A DNA stretch of 64,000 bases from Desulfomicrobium sp. Lineage in GTDB: Bacteria; Desulfobacterota; Desulfovibrionia; Desulfovibrionales; Desulfomicrobiaceae. The position numbers and the translations under genes are program-made. The notes beneath the pieces were generated by a model. It ran no database searches, was not told where the DNA came from, and saw only the letters and a list, made by a program, of their open reading frames with translations. Below are positions 1-8,178 of the stretch, one piece after another. The stretch lies in the NCBI GenBank assembly GCA_040768745.1, contig JAXGMI010000002.1, forward strand, positions 288,001 to 352,000, written 5' to 3'. Position 1 is the first letter of the stretch, and every line of letters begins with the position of its first letter.

Positions 1-1
1 A

Positions 2-130
2 GCCATCGGCTACGGCGAATCACGCCCAGTGGCCAGCAACGATACCCCGGAAGGCCGTCAGATGAATCGCCGCGTGGAAATCCGCGTCAACCCGAACGCA
101 CAGCAGCCCCAGACTGCGCCGGCGCAATAA
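2..130 (+). CDS. OmpA-family protein, C-terminal end (truncated by window edge)
   Basis: Manual translation from base 2: AIGYGESRPVASNDTPEGRQMNRRVEIRV...*, the OmpA-like peptidoglycan-binding signature; stop TAA at 128-130. Confidence 0.9.
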   Translation, partial: AIGYGESRPVASNDTPEGRQMNRRVEIRVNPNAQQPQTAPAQ

Positions 131-153
131 GGCCCTTTGCTTTTGAAAGCAAA

Positions 154-181
154 AAAGGCAGGGTCCAGTGACTCTGCCTTT
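154..181. terminator. Probable bidirectional intrinsic terminator
   Basis: AAAGGCAGGGTC-cagt-GACTCTGCCTTT hairpin with A-run upstream and T-run downstream, between convergent frames; second small hairpin at 136-153. Confidence 0.7.
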
Positions 182-202
182 GTCGTCTGATGATGGGAGT
201 GG

Positions 203-365
203 TTACTGGCGTTTTGTTCGAGCAACGCCCAATAAACCCAACAGCCCCGCTGCAACAAGCACCATGGTTCCGGGTTCGGGAACAACCTGCCCATTTCCGT
301 TTCCGTTATCATCCGCCTTTATCAACAGGGCTGACTCATATCCATAATAGTTAGTCGGTCCTGAA
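203..365 (-). pseudogene. 3' remnant of a PEP-CTERM sorting-domain protein
   Basis: Manual translation ...GPTNYYGYESALLIKADDNGNGNGQVVPEPGTMVLVAAGLLGLLGVARTKRQ* shows VPEP motif, TM helix and basic tail; no own start codon or signal peptide; 5' boundary approximate. Confidence 0.75.
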
Positions 366-412
366 AAACTGTTAAAACGCCGCGTCAGGCACAGGCCTGC
401 ACCGGCTGAACA

Positions 413-580
413 TTGCTGTGCCCAGAATCGCTTGGGAGCCGCCTACGTCTCCCCGGTTCCAGTCGGCCTAGGGCCTCCCTCCACCGGGGAGACGGCCGAC
501 ATACCCTTGTCGTTTTGTTTGCTCATGAATCACCTCATGGGGGGGCCTCTCTACTCCCAATTCGGTGTCCAAGAAAACCC
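413..580 (-). mobile_element. Degenerate left-end fragment of an IS3-family-like element
   Basis: RBS GAGGTG and ATG at 526, then MSKQNDKGMSAVSPVEGGPRPTGTGET*AAPKRFWAQ, resembling IS3-family OrfA N-termini (recognised from memory); upstream GGTTTTCTTGGACACC resembles the inner part of an IS3 inverted repeat. Confidence 0.5.
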
Positions 581-1989
581 TATCCCAGAGGAATGGTCAC
601 GAAAATGCGGATGGCTGAGGCCTCCTTCCCAATACGCAAATGGCCTCCGATGCGTTGCAGCATGCGAAAGCAGGTGGCCAGATTGTGCTCTCCGTCTTCA
701 AAAGGCATGAGCAGATGCGCCTGCGGAGGGAGGGCCAACATCACGGGATCGAGGGTCAAGGTCACAAAGATCAAATTCTTCGACTGGGCCGTATCAATCC
801 GCAGATTCCCGCCATGCTGAAGAATGTCCGCCGCGTGCCCCAAAAGATAAATGAAAATGCGGTTGATGAATTCCTGGCCTGTACTCACGGCCGGCAGGTT
901 TTCATCGATCCGCGCCAGAATCGTGATGTTTTTGCGTTCAAAACGATTGGCAAAGAGGCGCATCAAGAAGGCAAGGGATGACGCAATGGCGCAGCCGGTT
1001 GGTTGGGCTTCCATCGGTGCCAGGTAGGCGTTGATACGTTGCACCAGCCTTTCCAGTCGATTGCACTCGTTGAGAATGACTTCGGTTTCCACCTCTTCTG
1101 GATACTTGGCTTGCAGCTTTCGGGCGAATCCCCCAAGGGATACCATGGGATTACGGATTTCATGGGCAACTTCCTCGGTCAAGGACCGCAGAATGCTCAA
1201 TCTTTCATTTTGTATCAATATGTCATCAAGATAGGTTTGATGGGTGACGTCAATGATCATCCCTTCCAAACGGTTTGGATGCTCTGTTCCGTGTAACGGA
1301 GGGGCAATGGACTGGGCCTGAAGGAAAACCAGATACCCATTTTTGTGTCTGAACCGAAATTCCAGTCGGATTCGTCCTGCACCCTGCTCCAGTCCTCTGC
1401 GCATGGCGTCAAGAAGAGGTTTGCGGTCCTCGGGGACGACAAGCTTCAAAAAAGCCTGTGGTGATCCAAGAATTTCTGCGGGTGAATACCCCAGGATCTC
1501 TTCGGTAGCTTGGTTCAGGAATTCGAATTCAAGATCCCGGTTGATGATGAAAATGATGAGCGGCAGGTTTTGGATCAGCCGAGCAAGGTGCTCCTGGGAT
1601 TCCCTGACCCGCGCTTGCAGTCCGGACTGCGACAGACAGTTGCGCAGGGTGTTGATGAAAACCTCCATGCTGGCAATGGGCTTGGTCACATAGTCCCAGG
1701 CACCTGCTCTGAACGCCTCGATGGCCCAGTGGATCTGGGTTCGACGGGAAACGATGATTGCCGGTACCCATGGTCGAGTTCTCTTCATCTTTCGCAGGAC
1801 ATCCATCCCGTTGGCGCCTCCTATCCCCAAGTCGAGCAGGACCAGGTCCGGATTCATGCCAAGAAAAATATTCATGGCCTGCTCTGCATTTTGCGCCTCC
1901 AGCACGACAAATCCAGCCGCATGAAGACTCGCGACCAGAGAGGTCCTGAACTCATGGTTGTCTTCGACGGTCAGGATGGTCTGGGACAT
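580..1989 (-). CDS. Hybrid receiver-PAS-HisKA protein with degenerate HATPase domain
   Basis: N-terminal receiver (VEDN, LVLLD, YVTKP), PAS/PAC, H-box EVAHEIRNP; N and G boxes not recognisable. Confidence 0.85.
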   Translation of the reverse strand: MSQTILTVEDNHEFRTSLVASLHAAGFVVLEAQNAEQAMNIFLGMNPDLVLLDLGIGGANGMDVLRKMKRTRPWVPAIIVSRRTQIHWAIEAFRAGAWDYVTKPIASMEVFINTLRNCLSQSGLQARVRESQEHLARLIQNLPLIIFIINRDLEFEFLNQATEEILGYSPAEILGSPQAFLKLVVPEDRKPLLDAMRRGLEQGAGRIRLEFRFRHKNGYLVFLQAQSIAPPLHGTEHPNRLEGMIIDVTHQTYLDDILIQNERLSILRSLTEEVAHEIRNPMVSLGGFARKLQAKYPEEVETEVILNECNRLERLVQRINAYLAPMEAQPTGCAIASSLAFLMRLFANRFERKNITILARIDENLPAVSTGQEFINRIFIYLLGHAADILQHGGNLRIDTAQSKNLIFVTLTLDPVMLALPPQAHLLMPFEDGEHNLATCFRMLQRIGGHLRIGKEASAIRIFVTIPLG

Positions 1990-3329
1990 GCAATCTCCGT
2001 CATGACTGTGTCCGAGGTCGGGCAGGGTAGAATGATGTAGAAAATATTCATGAAGCGGGCGAAATCGTATCCGACTTTTCCTTTATGCAACTCAACGATC
2101 TGTTTGATAAAGTACAAACCGTGGCCAGAGCCTTCAGCTGTCCCGGGGGCATGGGAGCGGAAATCTGGTTCGAAGAGATGGTTGGCGTCCTGAGCCGGAA
2201 TGGGAACTCCGGTGGTGGAGATGAAGAGTTTTATTCCTGGTCTTCCAAGGCCAAAGGCATTGGCCACGGATTTCCATCCGTAATGAAGCGTTTTGGAGGA
2301 CGTGCCCCAAGGAGTTGGAACGGCTTTGGTGTATTTGACGGCATTTGAAAGGAGATTGGCAAAGGCCTGTGAGATGAGCCCCAGGTCAGCCTCAAGAACG
2401 ATGTCTTCGTCAACACATACCTCCGGGTCCATTTCGACTCGGATACCCTGGTCGAGCAGTAAAGGGCGAAAACGTTCGATCTGTGGCTCAAGAATCTGGC
2501 TTCTGAAATTGCATGGTCTGAGCAGCAGGGCATAGTTGCCCTTTTCAAAGTGTTCCCGGCGCAGGAGGCTTTCCAGGAAAAGACTGGCCTGCTGGAACTG
2601 CATTGAAATGATGGACAATTGGTTGCGCAGGTTGGCTATACCGAACAAAATTTCCTGGCGCGGATCCATGCCATGATCCCCGTATTTGAAGGGTGGGAGG
2701 TTTTCCACCTTGCGCTCAAGCTGGACAATCTGCTTTCCCATCTGCAGAAACAGCAGTTTGAAATGCATGTTTGGGACAATGACGTTGTGCCCGATATCCC
2801 GGATCAATGTGTTGATGAAAGTCAGACGATGCTGATTGCTGCTGGCGGCTTCTTTGGCGTCTATGATTTTGGCTATCCGACTCGCGTAGACGATGAAAAA
2901 GGCTTCCTCTTCCTGGGACAGGGATCTGTGCAGACAGAGGAGACCCAGAATTCTGTTCCCTGTCTGGGTGTGGCGGATAGGAAAGGCCCAGCAATCCCCA
3001 TAGCGCAACACGGACAAGGACGCGGAATCCGGGCTGATGGGCTCAGGAAAAAGGAAAACCTTTCGGGGGTTGGTGGTCCGGTGCAGCCAAAGATCGCCCT
3101 TTTTTCCCATCATGTACAGAGAAGAGGGAATGGAAAGGCAGATATCGGGGACAAAGACACACAGGGATTTAAAATCCTCCAGGGATTCATACTCCAGGCT
3201 CAAGTCGAAAAAAATGTTCAATGCCTGGGCATAGCTCGAGGCCAGGGTCTCTCCCTGGAGGTGTTCGAACTTTTCAATGATTCTGGCCCTGATTTCTTTG
3301 CTGGCAGGTGAGGAAGGGCACATGCGCAA
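1971..3329 (-). CDS. Cytoplasmic sensor histidine kinase (GAF-like N-terminus)
   Basis: H-box-like RDIGHN, N-box ANLLSNAVKY, F-box LFEPDF, G2 GSGHGL; start uncertain. Confidence 0.85.
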   Translation of the reverse strand: MRMCPSSPASKEIRARIIEKFEHLQGETLASSYAQALNIFFDLSLEYESLEDFKSLCVFVPDICLSIPSSLYMMGKKGDLWLHRTTNPRKVFLFPEPISPDSASLSVLRYGDCWAFPIRHTQTGNRILGLLCLHRSLSQEEEAFFIVYASRIAKIIDAKEAASSNQHRLTFINTLIRDIGHNVIVPNMHFKLLFLQMGKQIVQLERKVENLPPFKYGDHGMDPRQEILFGIANLRNQLSIISMQFQQASLFLESLLRREHFEKGNYALLLRPCNFRSQILEPQIERFRPLLLDQGIRVEMDPEVCVDEDIVLEADLGLISQAFANLLSNAVKYTKAVPTPWGTSSKTLHYGWKSVANAFGLGRPGIKLFISTTGVPIPAQDANHLFEPDFRSHAPGTAEGSGHGLYFIKQIVELHKGKVGYDFARFMNIFYIILPCPTSDTVMTEIACPRPS

Positions 3330-3379
3330 TCCTTTGATATTTCTCTACCTCTGTGACCGCTCCAAGGGATGGAAGGCAA

Positions 3380-4948
3380 TCAGGGTTTACGGATCTTGTT
3401 GCGGCCGTCGAACTTTTTAGGGTCGAGGTTGTACTTTTTAATCTTGTAGTTGATGATCCGGTAGCTTGCCCGCAATTCCCTGGCCACCTGCAGCATGTTG
3501 CCACCACATTTTTGCAGGGCTTCGACCAGGATTTCCTGTTCGAATTTCCCCACAGCTTCGCCAAAGGACAATTGGTTGTCGGTGGCTGAACTCTCGGCAG
3601 TCTGCAAGGTCGGGGGAAGGTGATAGGTTCGTATAGCCTCTTCGTTGCAGATCAAAACCGCACGTTCCATGCAATTCCGCAGTTCTCGCACGTTGCCCAG
3701 CCACTTGTACTGGGTCAGCAGATCGATGGCAGGCATCGAGATGCGTTTGATGTTTTTGGCGTATTCCTGAGCAAAAAATTCCAAAAAATATTCTGCCAGC
3801 GGCAGTATGTCTTCCCGACGCTCACGCAACGGGGGAATGAAAATGGGGAAAACATTGATGCGATAGTAGAGATCCTCCCGAAAACGTCCCTCCTTGATCA
3901 GATTCTCAAGTGGTTGATGCGTGGCACAGATGATGCGAACGTCGACATTGATGCATTTTTCGCTGCCCAGTCTCTGGATTTCCCCTTCCTGTAGGGCGCG
4001 CAGAAGTTTGGCTTGGGCTTCGGCACTGAGTTCGCCGATCTCATCCAGGAATAGCGTTCCGGCATGGGCCAGTTCGAAGCGTCCCTTCTTGGTGGCCACA
4101 GCGCCAGTGAATGCCCCCCGTTCATGACCAAAGAGTTCACTCTCCAGCAGTTCCGAGGGCAGGGCTGCGCAATTGAGACGGATCAAGGGTTTGGTTCTGC
4201 GTGTGCTGGCATTGTGGATGGCCTCGGCCAGAAGTTCCTTGCCTGTGCCTGATTCACCGCGCAGGAGGACCGATGCCTTGCTGGACGCGACCTGCATGAT
4301 CTGTCCCACGACAAAAGCCATGGCCTTGGATGTGGCTACGATCTTGGATTGAGCCAGGGCTTTTTCCCTGTCCAGGCTCTCACCGAGAAAACCCATGGAG
4401 GCCCAAAGCTCTTTTTGGGCCATGTGTTCCTGGAGATAGGCCGTCTGACGGGCGATGACTGCGGCCAGAACCTCCAGAAAAGCGCAATGCATTTTCAACA
4501 CATCAAGGGGTTGACAGGGAATGTCTGCGTTGAGCACGCCCAAGGCTTCGTGAACACCATCTGGGTTGACCCGGCTGACCGGCACGCAGATGAAGGACAG
4601 CTCGCCCAATTCCTTCTGCGAACGTCCCATGGCCTTGTTCAGAAAACGCTCGTCGCGCTCCATGGCCTCGACAATGATGGGCTTTCCGCTGTCCAGGACC
4701 TGGCCAGTAACTCCCTGGCCCGGGGTGTAGGTGGCCTTGACTGGACCTTTGTGCCCATACGTCAGGTTGAAACGAATGGTGTTGGTTTTTGGATCAAAGA
4801 TGGCCAAAGCCATGCGTTTGTATCTCATGGCCTCTGCAGTCATGTTCAGCAGGCTGTCCAGGCTTGACTGGAGAGGGCTCAGCGGGTCAAGGTTCTGTAC
4901 TGTGGCATGCAGTGTATGCAGATAGTGCAGGAATTCATCTGTGGTCAT
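3380..4948 (-). CDS. GAF-domain sigma-54-dependent transcriptional activator (NifA-like architecture)
   Basis: GAF, Walker A GESGTGKE, ESELFGHERGAFTGA, LFLDEIGE, C-terminal Fis-type HTH. Confidence 0.95.
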   Translation of the reverse strand: MTTDEFLHYLHTLHATVQNLDPLSPLQSSLDSLLNMTAEAMRYKRMALAIFDPKTNTIRFNLTYGHKGPVKATYTPGQGVTGQVLDSGKPIIVEAMERDERFLNKAMGRSQKELGELSFICVPVSRVNPDGVHEALGVLNADIPCQPLDVLKMHCAFLEVLAAVIARQTAYLQEHMAQKELWASMGFLGESLDREKALAQSKIVATSKAMAFVVGQIMQVASSKASVLLRGESGTGKELLAEAIHNASTRRTKPLIRLNCAALPSELLESELFGHERGAFTGAVATKKGRFELAHAGTLFLDEIGELSAEAQAKLLRALQEGEIQRLGSEKCINVDVRIICATHQPLENLIKEGRFREDLYYRINVFPIFIPPLRERREDILPLAEYFLEFFAQEYAKNIKRISMPAIDLLTQYKWLGNVRELRNCMERAVLICNEEAIRTYHLPPTLQTAESSATDNQLSFGEAVGKFEQEILVEALQKCGGNMLQVARELRASYRIINYKIKKYNLDPKKFDGRNKIRKP

Positions 4949-5029
4949 GGAGAATGCTGTTCAGCTTTGTTCAAGTCTGGGGATGAACGCGGGCCCGTGA
5001 GCTCCATTTCTGTTGCGGATTGTGTGCAG

Positions 5030-5683
5030 TCACCCGCGGATTTTGGACCTGAGCAGGTCGATCTTGTAATCAAGGAAAGGGTCGTCCCCTTTGGCGGCAG
5101 CCTTGAGGGCCGTGTATTCAGCGATGGCCAGTTCCTCCTGGCCTGCCTTTTCTGCTGCAAAAGCGAGGGCGCTGGAGATGCCCGGATTCAACTCCTGTCC
5201 TGCTTCTGATTTGAGCTTGGTCAGCAGTTCCACTGCTTTGGCGTGTTCTCCCTTCATCATCAAGGCCTTGGCTTCACCAAGCCGGGCCATGGTTTTCAAC
5301 CCACTGGCCTGCGCCAAAGACCGCCATGTGGCTGCTGCCTTGTCGAATTCTTTGGCATCCATATAAACCTTGGCCAGTTCCAGCTGTGCCGCCGCGCGCA
5401 GGTCGGGCGAGCCAGATTGGGCAAAGGCTTCAAGCTTGGCGGTTCTGCTGGTTGTGTCAGTCATGATCATGATGCCGCCCAGCTCACTGACAGCACGAGC
5501 CCGCTGTGAATTCTGGTATGAGGTGAATCCGGTATAGACGGCAACCGACGCCACAATGAAGGCCAGAGCCAGACCGATGGGTTTGATGTTGTCCAGGATT
5601 TTTTTCAAAACTGGATGGATATCTGCATCCATTTCCTGTTCTATTGTCTTCAAGATATCCATCTGCGAAGTACGTTCTTCCAT
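5030..5683 (-). CDS. YfgM-like membrane-anchored TPR protein
   Basis: Single N-terminal TM segment followed by Ala-rich TPR-like helices. Confidence 0.65.
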   Translation of the reverse strand: MEERTSQMDILKTIEQEMDADIHPVLKKILDNIKPIGLALAFIVASVAVYTGFTSYQNSQRARAVSELGGIMIMTDTTSRTAKLEAFAQSGSPDLRAAAQLELAKVYMDAKEFDKAAATWRSLAQASGLKTMARLGEAKALMMKGEHAKAVELLTKLKSEAGQELNPGISSALAFAAEKAGQEELAIAEYTALKAAAKGDDPFLDYKIDLLRSKIRG

Positions 5684-5912
5684 CCAACACTCCTTGATTC
5701 AATTGCCATTATTGTAAAAGCAACGCCTGTCTATGCCCAAATGAAGAAAAGGTCAAAGAGAAGAGCAGGCAAGAATCTACTTGAATTTCAAATTGTTTTC
5801 AGCTGTTGGCCGACTGGCGTCTGATGATTTCTTGCTTGCGGCAGCCCCTTGGTGTACACAAGCGTGAATCTTTTTCGTGATCGATTTTGCAAACTGCTGC
5901 AAGGGGTACGGC

Positions 5913-7172
5913 ATGAATCTGGAAACGTTAGTCCGGGATTTGGCCAAGGAAGCCCGAGCTTCCTCACGCAAGCTGGCTACAGCAACGGGACAGCAGCGAG
6001 ACAAAGCCCTTTTGGTACTGGCCGGTCTGATTGAAGGGGCACGGCAGCAAATCTCTGCGGCCAACGCCCTGGATCTCGATGCGGCGCGGGCCAATGGACT
6101 CGATGCAGCGCGCATCGACCGTCTGCGCATCACTGACGCGGGCATTGAATCCATGGTCCAGGCCTGCCGGCATGTTGCGGGCCTGTCCGACCCTGTAGGC
6201 GAGATTGACGGAATGATCAAACGACCCAACGGCCTTCTGGTCGGACGGATGCGCATTCCACTCGGGGTCATTGCCATCATTTACGAATCTCGTCCAAATG
6301 TGACCGTCGATGCGGCCATTCTCTGTCTCAAGGCCGGCAACAGCGTCATCCTGCGCGGGGGATCTGAAGCCTATCACTCCAATCAGGCGTTGGGTGGACT
6401 TCTGCGTCAGGCGATGGCCGAGTCCGGGCTTCCGGCCGGATGCGTGCAGATGGTCCCGACTACGGATCGGGCTGCGGTCAGGTATCTGCTCGGGCTGGAC
6501 GAGTACATCGACGTGGTCATTCCTCGCGGAGGAGAAGGTTTGATCCGGGCTGTGGTGAAGGATGCCACCATGCCGGTATTGAAGCATTATAAAGGGGTGT
6601 GCCATATCTATGTCCATGACGACGCTGACCAAGAACAGGCCCTGAGGATTATTGAAAATGCCAAGGTGCAGCGTCCTGGCGTGTGCAACGCCCTGGAATG
6701 TCTTCTTGTGAATGAACGCATTGCTGGCCAGTTCCTGCCCAAACTTGCTGCGCATCTTGCTCCCTTCAATGTGACTTTCCGGGCGTGTCAGAATTCTCTC
6801 CCCTTGCTTGGCCCTGCGGCGTCCCCGGCCCGCCCGGACGATTACGGCCATGAATTTTTATCCCTGACCATGGCCGTGAAGGTGGTCAAATCCCAGGAAG
6901 AGGCTGAGGACCATATTGCGGCGCATGGATCCGGACATTCCGAGGCCATTTTGACCCAGAATCACGCTCGAGCCATGCGTTTTCTGCGCAATGTGGACGC
7001 CTCCTGCGTTCTCATCAACGCGTCGACTCGATTCAACGACGGGGGTGAACTCGGTCTGGGTGCAGAAATAGGCATCAGCACCTCCAAGATCCACGCTTAC
7101 GGACCCATGGGAGTCAAGGAACTGACCAGCCTGAAGTTCATCGTTCTGGGCGAAGGGCAGGTACGTGCCTGA
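5913..7172 (+). CDS. proA: Gamma-glutamyl phosphate reductase
   Basis: IIYESRPNVT, VIPRGG, CNALE, NASTRFNDG, AEIGIST motifs; ATG at 5913 after AGGGG. Confidence 0.97.
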   Translation: MNLETLVRDLAKEARASSRKLATATGQQRDKALLVLAGLIEGARQQISAANALDLDAARANGLDAARIDRLRITDAGIESMVQACRHVAGLSDPVGEIDGMIKRPNGLLVGRMRIPLGVIAIIYESRPNVTVDAAILCLKAGNSVILRGGSEAYHSNQALGGLLRQAMAESGLPAGCVQMVPTTDRAAVRYLLGLDEYIDVVIPRGGEGLIRAVVKDATMPVLKHYKGVCHIYVHDDADQEQALRIIENAKVQRPGVCNALECLLVNERIAGQFLPKLAAHLAPFNVTFRACQNSLPLLGPAASPARPDDYGHEFLSLTMAVKVVKSQEEAEDHIAAHGSGHSEAILTQNHARAMRFLRNVDASCVLINASTRFNDGGELGLGAEIGISTSKIHAYGPMGVKELTSLKFIVLGEGQVRA

Positions 7173-7839
7173 TTCATTGGCCGAGGCCGTGGGGATCCTT
7201 GGCGGCTCGTTCAATCCTGTGCACAACGGCCATCTGCGCATGGCTATCGAGGTGCGGGAAACCCTCGGTCTCAAAAGGGTCGATTTGCTTCCGGCCAGGA
7301 TCCCTCCCCACAAAAGCAGCTCGGGGCTGCTTCCTTTTTCTTTGCGCCTGGACCTTGTGCGTGAAGCTGTCCAGGGCATCGATGGACTTGAGGTGTCGGA
7401 TCTGGAAGGCCAGATGCCTGTCCCCTCCTATTCGTATTTGACCTTGGTCCGTCTGGCCGAGTCGAATCCCGATATCCACTATGTCTTCATTCTGGGAGGG
7501 ACGGATCTGCTGACCTTGCCGGAATGGCACAGGGGATTGGAGATCCCGTTGATCACGGATATTGCCGTGGCGGGTCGGCTTGGTGTGGGCGCTGAAATGA
7601 TCGATGGCTTCTTAGACGCGCATTGGACCTGGATCAAGGAGGAGTCCTGTGCGCGTCAGGTCGTCGGAGGCAAGCGAGTCTTCTTTGTGTCCCTGCCCCG
7701 GCTTGACATCAGCGCAAGCCTTGTCCGAGACAGATTTCAACAGGGCAGGGACGTGGCCGGTCTGGTTCCCGAGGCGGTCCGGAGACGTATGCTCGCTGAG
7801 CCACGTATATTCAACGATTACTGGAGTTTATTGCCATAA
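7165..7839 (+). CDS. nadD: Nicotinate-nucleotide adenylyltransferase
   Basis: GILGGSFNPVHNGH (HxGH), PPHK, ISAS motifs; follows proA. Confidence 0.93.
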   Translation: MPDSLAEAVGILGGSFNPVHNGHLRMAIEVRETLGLKRVDLLPARIPPHKSSSGLLPFSLRLDLVREAVQGIDGLEVSDLEGQMPVPSYSYLTLVRLAESNPDIHYVFILGGTDLLTLPEWHRGLEIPLITDIAVAGRLGVGAEMIDGFLDAHWTWIKEESCARQVVGGKRVFFVSLPRLDISASLVRDRFQQGRDVAGLVPEAVRRRMLAEPRIFNDYWSLLP

Positions 7840-7849
7840 TGGAGGGGAC

Positions 7850-8152
7850 ATGGTCGGACATATTGTTATGTGGAAGTTGAAGGACAGTGCAGAAGGGAAA
7901 AGCGCGACAGAGAACGCTGCCACCATGAAAAACATGCTCGACGCCCTACCGGGACTGATCCCTGAGATCAGCGCCTTGCATGTCAGCATGGATGTCTTCG
8001 CGTCCGCCCCAGAGGTGGACGTGGTACTGTTTACGTCCTTCGGTTCCGTTGAGGACCTGCAGACCTATCAGGTCCATCCGGAACATCAAAAATGTGTGGG
8101 ATTCATTTCCAAGGTAGTCGCAGAGAGAAGGGTCGTTGATTACCATTTTTGA
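7850..8152 (+). CDS. Dabb / stress-responsive alpha-beta barrel protein
   Basis: MVGHIVMWKLK...YQVHPEH...VDY pattern; RBS GGAGG before ATG 7850. Confidence 0.85.
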   Translation: MVGHIVMWKLKDSAEGKSATENAATMKNMLDALPGLIPEISALHVSMDVFASAPEVDVVLFTSFGSVEDLQTYQVHPEHQKCVGFISKVVAERRVVDYHF

Positions 8153-8160
8153 AACGAGAA

Positions 8161-8178
8161 AGGGGTGCCAAGCACCCC
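8161..8178. repeat. Left copy of 18-bp target-site duplication (terminator stem-loop)
   Basis: AGGGGTGCCAAGCACCCC, identical to 9792-9809. Confidence 0.92.

Noticed and set aside
443..445. In-frame TAG as pyrrolysine or programmed readthrough
   Set aside because: The flanking segments look like unrelated IS and PEP-CTERM remnants and no pyl genes are in view; a nonsense mutation is simpler
3380..4948. Calling the activator nifA
   Set aside because: The architecture is shared by many sigma-54 activators and there are no nif genes in the window
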